Positions 19,229 through 29,178 are shown, counted from the first letter of the stretch. The stretch: 64,000 nt of DNA from Candidatus Bathyarchaeota archaeon (GCA_963697165.1 CAVOMX010000017.1:15849-79848); one strand, 5' to 3'. Notes: generated from the letters alone by a model not told the origin. Numbers and translations: made by a program.

Positions 19229-19268
19229 GGTTTGGGCTGGGTTGGGTTTTTGGTTAAAATTTAACCTC
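19229..19268 (+). repeat. Intergenic motif M, copy 4
   Basis: ggtttgggctgggttgggtttttggttaaaatttaacc, immediately upstream of the 18607-19173/19227 gene (minus strand). Confidence 0.5.
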
Positions 19269-19446
19269 TAACTCTGTTCTTTAGTTGATGCTATCTTTGT
19301 CACGAATTGGATTCTTGTTTCTCTGCAGATTTGTTAGTTTGTTTCTTCCTATTTTTTTGATGCACATTATATTTCTAAATTAGCTTAATGTCTATATTGT
19401 GGAATATTATCTCCAGAACGGGCATCCAAAATAATTAGTTGATGTA

Positions 19447-19998
19447 TCATGTTTGTTTCCCATAGAATAATCTCATTATTTGTGCTCTAAAAACCCAATA
19501 CCCAATGTCATAGCGTTTAACTCTACTAAAGATAGCTAAAAAGTAACCCAGAATAGAGAATATGTTTCTAAAATCGTGAATCACTCTTTCAAAAACGTGA
19601 ATGGGTTCATAACCAAGTTTGTATATTTCTTTTCCACGATTGTAATAATATCTATAAGAATTATGTTGACCGCTTTTCCTTATTAATTTTGGTGGACAAA
19701 CCCATCCTTTCACAGAACAGTCTTGGTGTAGGAATTTTAACCAAACGTAGCTATCTTCAGAACCGACTTCAGCGAATTTACCGTTAAACACCTTTAGAAA
19801 TGGAGAAACCTTAAGAAGCATCGCATATCCTGATCCACCTAAATAGTCCGTGTTTGCTTTTTGGTTTTTTTCTATAAACCGAGGCGGAAGTATTGTGTCC
19901 GCATCAACTCTTAAGATGTAATCATATTCATGCAAATTGACTTGATTTAATGCGATATTGAGGGCTGTTGCTATTCTTTTTCCTAAGTAATCATTCAT
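19447..19998 (-). pseudogene. Family-2 glycosyltransferase lacking its N-terminal ~50-60 residues (probable remnant)
   Basis: GKRIATALNIAL...YILRVDADTILPP is the GT2 region around the DxD motif. The upstream frame is open for only about 15 more codons before a TAA. Just about 55 nt then remain before the neighbouring gene end at 20101. Confidence 0.45.
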
Positions 19999-20100
19999 GT
20001 TTGGTCTAACGTAAATAATTTCAATTGTGTTTGAACTTTGAGGGAATTATTGGTTACAAATCTAGCTACTGCTTTTTTTATAAAAAATTTGTGTGTATAA

Positions 20101-21471
20101 TCATAATGTAGTAATTTCATAACCAGCGTTCTTCCAAGCAATCATACCCCCAAGCATATTATTGATGTCTTGAAAACCTGCTCGAAGTAGAATACTCGCT
20201 GCCAAGCTAGCACGATTTCCCACATTGCACACAACTATGATAGAACGATCTTTTGGTAATTCTGAAACCCGATTTTGTAGATATCCTGAAAAGATATTAA
20301 CTGATCCAGGAATGTGACCCTGCTCCCATTTTTCATCTTCTCTAACGTCGAGTATGAACAAGTCATCTTTTTCGTTTAACCACTTCTTTAATTCTTGCAC
20401 AGAAATTAAACCAAAATGATCCACAGGTAGGGACTGTTTATACCAGCCTTCTATCCCTCCCACAAGATACCCTGTTATGTTATCATAGCCTAGTCTGTAA
20501 AGATATCGAGTAGCTTTGTTTATGTAATTTTTGTCCTCCAAAATTAACAGGATTGATTTATCGTAAGGCAAAGTCCAACCTGCATATGAGGGAATTCTTT
20601 CCAACCAGATATTATACGAGTCTTTCAAGTGAGCACCCCCAAATGATGGAGGTTGACGAGTGTCAACTACAATAGCGCCTAATTTCATCTGGTTTAAGAA
20701 TGCTATTGGCATAAGAGGTGAAGGATTTGGTAATTTCGTCAATACTGGTGGTCCTTCCAGATTGTATTTTTCCATTTTCAAAAAGTAAGGGGGCTGATTA
20801 TGCCGTTCAGTAATTTTATGTTCTATGAATTCTTCTCTTGTTTTCTGTAAAAGTGGATTAAAGACCCTTTCTATACCTAACGTGCTTTCCTCTCGTTGAC
20901 TAATATCGCCTCCACAAACTGATCCGGCACCATGGGCAGGAAAAATAAGCATTTCATCTCCTAAAGGTAAAAGTTTGTTGAAAATGCTATTATGAAGTGC
21001 TTCAGCTAATCTTGGTGCTTCACTTGGTCCATATAGGTCTGTACGTCCAACGTCTCCAACAAATAATGTATCTCCAGTAAAAACCATTATTGGTCTTTCG
21101 CTTAGGTCTAGATCAGCTAAAGCATAAGACATGCTTTCATCTGTGTGACCAGGTGTCTCTAATGCAATTAGTTTGATTTTTCCAAAGAAAAATTCTTGTC
21201 CATCCTGTAACGATTGGCCATATTTGAAGTCTAGTTTGGATCCATGAAAGATCTCCGCCCCTGTGTGTTGCGCCAGTTCAATTGAACCAATTACGTAATC
21301 TTCATTGCGGTGTGTTTCAAAAATTCCTTTGATTGTCATCTCTTCTTGCTGAGCCATATCAATAAAAATTTGGCAGTCTCGTCGGGGATCAATAACCATT
21401 GCTTCATTTCCCGAGCCTATGAAATATGAATTGTGAGATAATCCTTCAGACTTAACTTTTTTAATCAACAT
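20101..21471 (-). CDS. MBL-fold metallohydrolase fused to two rhodanese domains (persulfide dioxygenase/CstB-like architecture)
   Basis: 456 aa. MBL motifs ETHRNEDYV (variant of HxHxDH), TPGHTDES, FTGDTLFVGDVGRTD and PAHGAGS. The C-terminal rhodanese has the active-site loop VVCNVGNRAS. Confidence 0.85.
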   Translation of the reverse strand: MLIKKVKSEGLSHNSYFIGSGNEAMVIDPRRDCQIFIDMAQQEEMTIKGIFETHRNEDYVIGSIELAQHTGAEIFHGSKLDFKYGQSLQDGQEFFFGKIKLIALETPGHTDESMSYALADLDLSERPIMVFTGDTLFVGDVGRTDLYGPSEAPRLAEALHNSIFNKLLPLGDEMLIFPAHGAGSVCGGDISQREESTLGIERVFNPLLQKTREEFIEHKITERHNQPPYFLKMEKYNLEGPPVLTKLPNPSPLMPIAFLNQMKLGAIVVDTRQPPSFGGAHLKDSYNIWLERIPSYAGWTLPYDKSILLILEDKNYINKATRYLYRLGYDNITGYLVGGIEGWYKQSLPVDHFGLISVQELKKWLNEKDDLFILDVREDEKWEQGHIPGSVNIFSGYLQNRVSELPKDRSIIVVCNVGNRASLAASILLRAGFQDINNMLGGMIAWKNAGYEITTL

Positions 21472-21642
21472 AAATAATACCTGTTAATAAATTTACTAAA
21501 TTAGTATATTAATTATTACATTGACTGGGGAAATCGAAAACAATCATGATAATTACCAACTGGAATTTGCTATTATCCCTTGTTATTAGTAGTTTTTTTA
21601 TATGAAAAAGCTTATTTGAAGAGTCAATTTATAAATTATTCC

Positions 21643-22104
21643 ATGTTTCCATTAGGTTTTTTTCCATACATTATAGGTGGAATAATAATAGGAATCGGTG
21701 TAAGTCTTATTTACATTGCAACAGGACTTCACGCAACACAAAGCAGTTTCTTTGATACTACAATATCCTTTTTTTCGAAAAGACCATACTTTCTTCAAAA
21801 ACAGTATCTCGATTCTAGAGGATGGCGCATCACTTTTGCTCTAGGAGTCATTGTAGGAGCATTCATTTACACAATAACATTAGCTGCGGAAGGTTTCTTC
21901 ACAACATCAGTAGAATGGTGGAGACTTGCAATTGGGGGTTTTCTTGTAGGATTTGGAACAAGACTTTCAAAAGGTTGCACGTCTGGACATGGTATAAGCG
22001 GTTTAGCGTCACTATCTACAACTTCACTTGTTGCTGTAATCACATTCATAACAGTTGGAATATTAACTGCCCTTGTTATCCAAAGTCTGGGGGTATTGCC
22101 TTGA
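21643..22104 (+). CDS. YeeE/YedE family sulfur-compound transport protein (half-size)
   Basis: Four helices and the LSKGCTSGHGISGL motif. The ATG at 21643 is preferred over the TTG at 21580. Confidence 0.8.
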   Translation: MFPLGFFPYIIGGIIIGIGVSLIYIATGLHATQSSFFDTTISFFSKRPYFLQKQYLDSRGWRITFALGVIVGAFIYTITLAAEGFFTTSVEWWRLAIGGFLVGFGTRLSKGCTSGHGISGLASLSTTSLVAVITFITVGILTALVIQSLGVLP

Positions 22105-22505
22105 AATCAAAACATGTTTTTGTGTTTATAGGCGGAATATTCTTTGGTTTTGGCTTAGCAATAGGTGGAATGTCAAAACAAGAAATCGTTCTAAGCTTTC
22201 TGCAATTAAAAGATCTGGGACTATTGTTACTACTTGGCGGATCAGCTCTAGTAACAGCACTAGCAATAAATCTTGTACCCAAAATTTTAAAAAAACCAAT
22301 ATTAGGTGGCGAATTTAAGAAAAGAACCCGAACATTAACCAAAAGAACAATTATCGGCGCAATAATTTTTGGCGTAGGTTGGGGACTCTCAGGTTTATGT
22401 CCTGGATCAGCAATGGCAAGTCTCGGAATAGGAAATCTTCCAGCCTTAATCGGTATTGCCGGTATGTTTCTTGGAGCCTACATAATGGGAAGATACTTTA
22501 CATGA
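22101..22505 (+). CDS. YeeE/YedE family sulfur-compound transport protein (second half-size paralog)
   Basis: The TTG start overlaps the upstream TGA (ccTTGA). LKSKHVFVFIGGIFFGFGLAIGGMSKQEIVLSFL...GWGLSGLCPGSA. The 5' part of track ORF 21822-22505 is an out-of-frame overlap. Confidence 0.75.
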   Translation: MKSKHVFVFIGGIFFGFGLAIGGMSKQEIVLSFLQLKDLGLLLLLGGSALVTALAINLVPKILKKPILGGEFKKRTRTLTKRTIIGAIIFGVGWGLSGLCPGSAMASLGIGNLPALIGIAGMFLGAYIMGRYFT

Positions 22506-22550
22506 GGTTTGAATAAAATAGTCAATATCTGAATTATTGGCTTTATCAAG

Positions 22551-22904
22551 ATGAAAAAGGTTGTAGATATTCAAGCTCGGGACTTTGATTATGAAATTAA
22601 GTCCAATAATCCGGTAGTAGTCGAATTCTGGATAAAATCGTGTGGTAACTGTAAAAAATTCAAACCCGTTTATTATGAGCTTTCTGAAATTTTTGCTGAC
22701 AGATTAAAATTCACCAGAATTAACATGTTTGAAAGTATTGAGAATCTTAGATTGGCAGAGGGGCTTGGAGTAGAAGAAACACCAACAACTAAACTATTTC
22801 ACAAAAGTGAAGAAATTGGAGAGATTATTGGATTTACTACACTAGAAACTGCAACTGAAGAGATTAAAGCAATTATGAAAAAATCAAGTTGTTGCAAAGA
22901 ATAG
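22551..22904 (+). CDS. Thioredoxin-fold protein (CxxC = CGNC)
   Basis: VVEFWIKSCGNCKKFKPVYYEL, with the thioredoxin layout following. Confidence 0.8.
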   Translation: MKKVVDIQARDFDYEIKSNNPVVVEFWIKSCGNCKKFKPVYYELSEIFADRLKFTRINMFESIENLRLAEGLGVEETPTTKLFHKSEEIGEIIGFTTLETATEEIKAIMKKSSCCKE

Positions 22905-22994
22905 TAAATACCTCCGTGATAAAAAAGTAAAAAAAGCTTGCAGCACAATTAGCTTTTAATCTTTTGAATTCAATAGTTAATTTGGGATAATTTT

Positions 22995-24443
22995 ATGTCC
23001 AAGAGTATGAATTTAACAATTTTACAAATAAATGACACCCATAGCTACTTTGAATTGCACAATGAACTATACTGGGTTGGACATAGAGCAAGCCATAAAA
23101 AATCCGGAGGATACGCAAGAATTTCCACTCTTTTTAAAGAAATAAGAAACGAAAAAAATGGAAAAGTGATTACGTTAGATAACGGAGATACAATTCATGG
23201 TACATTTCCTGCAGTGAATAGTAAAGGTGAAGCATTAATTCCCATATTGAATGAATTAGCTATAGATGCAATGACGGCGCATTGGGAATTTGCATACGGT
23301 CCAGATAACTTTAGAAACATAGTCAATAAGCTCAATTTTCCAATGATAGCAATTAATTGTTATGAAAAAGAAACGAACAAACTTGTTTTTTCCCCTTTTC
23401 ACATAATAGATATTGAGGATCTGAGGATAGGAATTATTGGGATTTCGGCTACAATTGTGGATAAAACAATGCCTAAACACTTCAGTAAAGGTATTTACTT
23501 TACTTTGGGAAACGAAGAATTACCTATATACATTAAGAAACTCCGGGAAAGTGAAAAAGTAGATCTGATTATTGTTTTGTCTCATTTGGGATACCCACAA
23601 GAACTCAAGCTAGCTAAAGAAGTTGGTGGAATAGACGTTTTGTTAAGTGGACATACTCATAACCGTCTTTATGAAGCAGTAGTTGTAAATGGTAGCATAA
23701 TAATGCAATCGGGTTGTCATGGTTCTTTTGTTGGCAGATTGGATCTTGAAGTGAGGAACGGTAAGATTCATAAATTTCAGCATAAATTAATCAATGTTGA
23801 TGAAACAATAAAACCTGACCCAAATGTTGATTGTTTTGTCAACAAAGCTTTAGATAAACATCGAGATATGTTAAATCTTGTTGTAGGAAAAACCAAAACT
23901 ATCCTTAATCGATACCACGTAATGGAATCTACAATGGATAATTTTTTACTCCAAACTCTGATTAAAGTTAGTGGAAAAAAAATTGCATTTTCTAATGGAT
24001 GGCGTTACGGAGCGCCTGTTCTGACTGGATACATAGTAATGAATGATCTTTGGAACATCATTCCCACTAATCCAAAAGTTTCAATTTGTAATATTAGTGG
24101 AGCAGAGCTTTGGGATATGATGGAAGAGAATCTGGAACATACATTTTCTTGTGACCCATACAAACAAATGGGGGGTTATGTGAAAAGATGTTTAGGTCTA
24201 AACATTTATTTCAAAGTAGAAAATCCTGAGGGAAAGAGAATTCAAGAGTTTTTTGTAAATGGAAAAAGGGTGAATAAGTCAAAAATGTATAGCACATGTT
24301 TTGTGACAACCCAAGGTGTTCCAGAGAGATATGGCAAAGATCGGGAAAGCCTGGAGATTAATGCAATAGATGCTCTTGAAGAATATTTAGAAAAAAATAA
24401 GTTAGTTTCTGCAGAATTAAGAAGAACAATAGTACCAATTTAG
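22995..24443 (+). CDS. Bifunctional metallophosphatase/5'-nucleotidase family protein (UshA/SoxB-like), cytoplasmic
   Basis: ILQINDTHSY, DNGDTIHGT and SGHTHNRL, plus a C-terminal 5'-nucleotidase substrate domain. No signal peptide or Tat motif. Confidence 0.85.
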   Translation: MSKSMNLTILQINDTHSYFELHNELYWVGHRASHKKSGGYARISTLFKEIRNEKNGKVITLDNGDTIHGTFPAVNSKGEALIPILNELAIDAMTAHWEFAYGPDNFRNIVNKLNFPMIAINCYEKETNKLVFSPFHIIDIEDLRIGIIGISATIVDKTMPKHFSKGIYFTLGNEELPIYIKKLRESEKVDLIIVLSHLGYPQELKLAKEVGGIDVLLSGHTHNRLYEAVVVNGSIIMQSGCHGSFVGRLDLEVRNGKIHKFQHKLINVDETIKPDPNVDCFVNKALDKHRDMLNLVVGKTKTILNRYHVMESTMDNFLLQTLIKVSGKKIAFSNGWRYGAPVLTGYIVMNDLWNIIPTNPKVSICNISGAELWDMMEENLEHTFSCDPYKQMGGYVKRCLGLNIYFKVENPEGKRIQEFFVNGKRVNKSKMYSTCFVTTQGVPERYGKDRESLEINAIDALEEYLEKNKLVSAELRRTIVPI

Positions 24444-24557
24444 AAACACTAAACTATAGTTGAAGCTGATTGAATATCACTTTCCAATTTGCTACTTAGC
24501 TTAAGATTCCATTTGAATTACAAGCCAAAACTCAAATAATCAAAGGAGGAGCTGAAA

Positions 24558-24962
24558 ATGAACGAAATTAATGAACAAGAAGTTCTAGCAAAAATCCGTA
24601 CCTTATTAGCTTTAGAAAGAAATTATCTTGCAGAAGAAAGGACTGCAATGGCTGAATTTAGAAACGGTTTGGCACTTATAGTTATTGGTCCTACAGTGAT
24701 TACAATAATAGCATATACATTGTCAGTTTTTACTGTAGAAAAATCAATTTTTTTGGATGTATTAAATTTTGCATTTTTTGGTATATTATCGATTGTTGGA
24801 ATATGGATAAGTTTTCGTTCACAATCCAAATTAAGGATAATTAGGAAAAAGAAGGCAAATATTAAAAATCGAACAATTGAAATTAGTAAATCCTCTAAAG
24901 AAATCTACAATCTTCTATGTGATTGTTTAGACGATAATGATGAGGACGGCAATCTTCTCTAA
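24558..24962 (+). CDS. DUF202 (YidH-like) membrane protein
   Basis: LALERNYLAEERTAMAEFRNGLALI followed by two to three helices, as in DUF202. Confidence 0.65.
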   Translation: MNEINEQEVLAKIRTLLALERNYLAEERTAMAEFRNGLALIVIGPTVITIIAYTLSVFTVEKSIFLDVLNFAFFGILSIVGIWISFRSQSKLRIIRKKKANIKNRTIEISKSSKEIYNLLCDCLDDNDEDGNLL

Positions 24963-25065
24963 TTTTTTCACAGGACAAGATTGTGAATAGCCAAAGCATT
25001 AAGCTTGCATTTGGAAACTCGATTTAACTAATAATTAGGTATTAATGCAATATCAATCACTAAAG

Positions 25066-26349
25066 TTACCAAGAACCAAATAATATCCATGCAAAGATTA
25101 ATGTAAGAATTAGATTTAGTGATTGGCCTACAATATATAATTGGACTGGTTTACCCCCGGAAATCTGGGTTTTAAGGGTTTTAAAGTCTGTTTCTAATCC
25201 TATACTCAAAAAGGCAATTGCAAAAAGAAACGTTCGAATGCTTCCTGTTAATTTAAGGATGTTAGTTGACATCACTTCGCCCATTATGGGTAGGACTACA
25301 AATGAAGAGAGTATTGAAAGAAAGGCGAATCCAATTATAAATTTTGGAAATCTATACCAGATCTGAATTAGACCTGGTTTATCGTTTGAGGTTTTATCAA
25401 TCTTTGTGACCCATAGAAATGCAATAACAAATGCTATTAGTGCAATCATAACGTTTTGAATGAGTTTGATTACTGTGGCTACTTCCATTGCTTCTTCTCC
25501 CAGCAATTCTCCTGCAGCTACAACCGCACCGGTTGAATCAACGGTCCCCCCGATCCAAGCTCCACCAACTATAAAGTCCATTCCCGTAAGTCTAATAAGA
25601 GTAGGTAGACCAACCAGCAGTATTACTGTGGATATTAAGGAAATTGAAATTGTTAATGTCAGAAATTCCTTTCTAGCTTTAGTTGCTGCTGCAACCGCTA
25701 TAGCCGCAGATACTCCACAAACAGAGGTTGCAGCTGACATTAAGACTGTTAGTGTTTTATCCATTTTAAGAACAGATGTGCCATATTTGTACATAAGAAA
25801 TAAGACGATGGGTGTTACTCCCCAGGCAAGCAATAGACCTTGTATTCCCAAATTTAATATTTGGGAAAATAAAATTTCAGCGCCTAATAACACTAATCCT
25901 ATTTTTATGTACAATTCTGTTTTTATTGCAGGTATTAAAAAATCGGGTACACCGATTGTGTTGCTGATTATTAATCCAATAATTAATGCCCAAAGAACGT
26001 ATTCCAAACCATAAGTTCCAATGAATGATTGTTTAGATATTACTTGGGCAACTAATCCTAAAACCGAAAATATGAGAAAGGCAGGAATAAAAGTCGACAA
26101 TTTACCTTGAATCGATTTGATAGCTATTGAAAGAATGATAAGTAGAATAAATGTCAAAAAAAGATAGGAAATAAACCCATCTGTAGAAAATGAGTTAAAA
26201 GGATTTGTAACCCATAGATTTGGCTTAGGCACGGTAGTAATTATTCCTAATAAAGTGACCCCAAAAAGAATTAATCCCAACCAAACTGTCCACCAATCTT
26301 CTGACTTTCTTAAAGCTAAAAAAAGGGTTTTTAAAGATATGCTAATCAC
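25066..26349 (-). CDS. YeiH/UPF0324 family membrane protein (putative sulfate-exporter family)
   Basis: 427-aa polytopic protein. The central SAATSVCGVSAAIAVAAATKARKEF segment resembles the conserved YeiH family motif. Confidence 0.55.
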   Translation of the reverse strand: MISISLKTLFLALRKSEDWWTVWLGLILFGVTLLGIITTVPKPNLWVTNPFNSFSTDGFISYLFLTFILLIILSIAIKSIQGKLSTFIPAFLIFSVLGLVAQVISKQSFIGTYGLEYVLWALIIGLIISNTIGVPDFLIPAIKTELYIKIGLVLLGAEILFSQILNLGIQGLLLAWGVTPIVLFLMYKYGTSVLKMDKTLTVLMSAATSVCGVSAAIAVAAATKARKEFLTLTISISLISTVILLVGLPTLIRLTGMDFIVGGAWIGGTVDSTGAVVAAGELLGEEAMEVATVIKLIQNVMIALIAFVIAFLWVTKIDKTSNDKPGLIQIWYRFPKFIIGFAFLSILSSFVVLPIMGEVMSTNILKLTGSIRTFLFAIAFLSIGLETDFKTLKTQISGGKPVQLYIVGQSLNLILTLIFAWILFGSW

Positions 26350-26738
26350 CTTTATTTAATATTTTATCTAATTTCAATTTAACACTTTTCCGTAATTATT
26401 AACATCGAGTCAAAAGTAGCAATCTTTCACAGTGATGAGAAAAAGGCTGTTTTTATTCGGCTTCAAACTACTGGGATTCATAACGATATGGGTCCGTCGC
26501 TTGCAAGAAGGATTTCTGAGGAAATAAAATAGAAACTGGGTTTTCAAATAGCATAAAAGTGATGATTATTCCTATTTTTACATATAGTTTATAGAAAAAA
26601 TGGTCTGATCATCTAATCCAGCTGCCACAAATGCGCGCACATGTGTGGTTTCTATATTACTGAGTAAGATAAATTGGTTGGGGAATTAAAAGTTAATTAA
26701 GAAAATCAACTTAAAAGACGATTGAAGAGGGAAACAGC

Positions 26739-27797
26739 ATGTTCGCGTCTGAAAATATTGATTATAGAAGCGATACAGTCACCCTGCCTACTGAAGAAAT
26801 GTTGGAGGCTATTAGACATGCAGATCTAGGTGATGACGTTTTTAGGGAAGATCCAACAGTTAATAGGCTCGAGCAACTTGCCGCCGAAATGATGGGTAAG
26901 GAAGCAGCTCTTCTTGTTACAAGTGGAACCCAAGCCAATTTAATTTCTTTGATGAGTAACTCTAATCGTGGAAATCTTGTGATACTTGAGGCTGAATCAC
27001 ATATTTACTGGTATGAGGTAGGCGGCATCTCTATGATAGCTGGATTATTTCCGTGGCCAGTGAAAAGTGCATTGGGGGTACTTGATCCTGAAGATGTTGA
27101 AGCTGCAATAAGACCAAGAAACATCCATTTTCCAGAACCTTCTCTAATCTGCATCGAGAACACGCATAATAGGCATGGTGGAACAATCATAACTCCCAGT
27201 CAAATAGAAGCAATAAGTGAAGTTACCCATAAACATGGTCTGAAACTTTACATGGATGGTGCACGGATTTTTAACGCTGCAGTTGCGTTAAAAGTTGATG
27301 TTAAAGAATTTACCAAGCATGTTGACAATTTAATGTTTTGTCTATCTAAAAGTTTGTGCTGTCCAGTCGGTTCGTTGCTTGTTGGTACCAGCGATTTCAT
27401 TGAAAAAGCTAGAAAATTAAGAAAAGTGTTGGGTGGTGGAATGCGTCAAGCAGGAATAATCGCAGCTCCGGGTATTGTTGCTTTAGAAAGAATGATTGAT
27501 AGGTTGGAAGAGGATCACAGAAATGCTAGACGTTTAGCAGAGGGAATTGCTAAAATGGAAGGAATCCAGATTGACTTGAACCGTGTGCAGACGAACATGG
27601 TGTGTTTTGACATTACTGGTTTGGGAATATCCAACGAATTATTCGTATCGAAGCTTAAAGAGAATGGAATACTTGCTTTACCATTGACTGAGAACAAAGT
27701 GCGGATGGTAACCCATAGAGGAATTGAAGAAGAACATATAAAAAAGTCCGTTGAAGTAATTGAAAATATAACAAACGAATTCCGGCGGTCTTTGTAA
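26739..27797 (+). CDS. ltaE: Low-specificity L-threonine aldolase (PLP-dependent)
   Basis: DYRSDTVTLPTEEMLEAI, GDDVFREDPTVNRLE, TSGTQANL and the PLP lysine context FCLSKSLCCPVGS. Confidence 0.85.
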   Translation: MFASENIDYRSDTVTLPTEEMLEAIRHADLGDDVFREDPTVNRLEQLAAEMMGKEAALLVTSGTQANLISLMSNSNRGNLVILEAESHIYWYEVGGISMIAGLFPWPVKSALGVLDPEDVEAAIRPRNIHFPEPSLICIENTHNRHGGTIITPSQIEAISEVTHKHGLKLYMDGARIFNAAVALKVDVKEFTKHVDNLMFCLSKSLCCPVGSLLVGTSDFIEKARKLRKVLGGGMRQAGIIAAPGIVALERMIDRLEEDHRNARRLAEGIAKMEGIQIDLNRVQTNMVCFDITGLGISNELFVSKLKENGILALPLTENKVRMVTHRGIEEEHIKKSVEVIENITNEFRRSL

Positions 27798-27880
27798 CTA
27801 ACAACTCCAAAACAGGTAAAAACCTTTAGAGCCGGAAAAATTGGCGTGGAAGTCTTCAAGAAGTCAATAAAGTTCCAATC

Positions 27881-28450
27881 TTAACCTGTCTTCTGGATAT
27901 CCGCCCATCTCTGGTATAGGTCATGTTCGATTCCTAGAACATCCAAAATCCTTCCAACAACAAAATCTACCAAATCATCAATGTTTTTTGGTTTATGGTA
28001 ATACGCTGGCATTGACGGAACGATTATGGCACCTTGTTTTGCGAGGTCAAGCATGTTCCGAAGATGAATGATATTTAACGGGGTTTCTCTAGGCACAAGG
28101 ATTAGCTTTCTCTGTTCCTTAAGTGCTACATCTGCTGCTCTTAGGATAACGTTCTCTGCGAATCCGCTAGCGATACCTGCTAGTGTTTTCATACTGCAAG
28201 GAACAATCACCATACCATCCATTATGAATGATCCACTCACTATGGGGGAACTCCAGTCATCAATTTCATAGACGTGATTTGCCAATTTTTCAAGGGTTTT
28301 TTCGGATGTTTCAAGTTCAAGTTTGATTATCCTTTTTGCGGCTTGACTGATGACAAGATGGGTTTCAACTTTTTTGTTGTGTAACTCTTCTAGTAGGCGT
28401 TTACCGTAGATGACCCCACTGGCTCCGGTTATTGCTATGGTAAGTTTCAA
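27881..28450 (-). CDS. ubiX: Flavin prenyltransferase UbiX
   Basis: MKLTIAITGASGVIYGKRLLEEL...VPCSMKTLAGIASG...RKLILVPRETPL are canonical UbiX/Pad1 motifs. Confidence 0.9.
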   Translation of the reverse strand: MKLTIAITGASGVIYGKRLLEELHNKKVETHLVISQAAKRIIKLELETSEKTLEKLANHVYEIDDWSSPIVSGSFIMDGMVIVPCSMKTLAGIASGFAENVILRAADVALKEQRKLILVPRETPLNIIHLRNMLDLAKQGAIIVPSMPAYYHKPKNIDDLVDFVVGRILDVLGIEHDLYQRWADIQKTG

Positions 28451-28530
28451 TTAAGCACCTAACTCTTATTATCTGTTTGTTGCTCACTAAAGCCTTTTGG
28501 AAACATAAGAAAACCGCTGACTAAACGCCT

Positions 28531-29178
28531 TTATTCGTTCTTTTGTTCGGGTGTTAACGCTGGGATTCTTCGGAAGATTATGAGTCCCAGTAGTAGTGAG
28601 GCAGTTAGGTCGATTATTCCTTGTATGGTATTCCAGATTGCTACTTCAGCAACATATGCTCCTAATCCAATTAGACCTAATGAGTTTCCGATGAAGCTTA
28701 ACGAATTTGCACTCGAGAACATGACAATTATTGAGTCTGGTGTCATGTAATAGAATAAGGGTAATGCAAAGTAGAAATTGAAAACTACAGTAACTATGGC
28801 TCGTACAATGAGTGCAAAAACACTGGCTAGCACAAAAAGGCGCTTGTTTTCTAGGAGTCCTTTTGTCCCGCCTGCTTTCCATGCGAAGATTGCTGGGATA
28901 AGGAACATCCAGATGGTTGCTACAGATTTCATGGTTGCTCCAACCCAGCCTCCGGCGAAGGGACCTAGAAATCCTACGAGTGGCGCGCTGATTAGTAGGC
29001 TTAAAAGGGCGGGTTTTAATCCAAATATTATCCAGCATATCATCCAAGGGATGGCTACGAGGTCTATTCGCATGCCCCATGGTGTTACGAATAGGGGTAC
29101 AAAAATCTGTAGGATTACTGCTAGTGGGGCTAGTATTGTTGCGCCTGCGAGTTTTATTGTTGGTCTGTTGAGGTTCAT
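28531..29178 (-). CDS. Polytopic membrane protein, possibly an ECF-transporter S-component-like substrate-capture protein
   Basis: 215 aa with six helices and Gly-rich helix faces. No ECF A/T genes are in the window. Assignment is weak. Confidence 0.35.
   Translation of the reverse strand: MNLNRPTIKLAGATILAPLAVILQIFVPLFVTPWGMRIDLVAIPWMICWIIFGLKPALLSLLISAPLVGFLGPFAGGWVGATMKSVATIWMFLIPAIFAWKAGGTKGLLENKRLFVLASVFALIVRAIVTVVFNFYFALPLFYYMTPDSIIVMFSSANSLSFIGNSLGLIGLGAYVAEVAIWNTIQGIIDLTASLLLGLIIFRRIPALTPEQKNE

Noticed and set aside
21822-22100. 5' part of the 227-aa ORF 21822-22505
   Set aside because: It overlaps the first YeeE/YedE gene out of frame and translates to Cys/His/Trp-rich nonsense. 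The real second gene starts at the TTG at 22101, which overlaps the upstream stop.
25460-26014. 184-aa plus-strand ORF inside the YeiH-like gene; similar antisense ORFs at 13038-13376, 28646-29239, 31937-32401 and 16176-16649
   Set aside because: All are shadow ORFs opposite well-supported genes and have low-complexity or Pro/Ser/Thr-rich translations. The 16176-16649 pair merely mirrors the tandem duplication.
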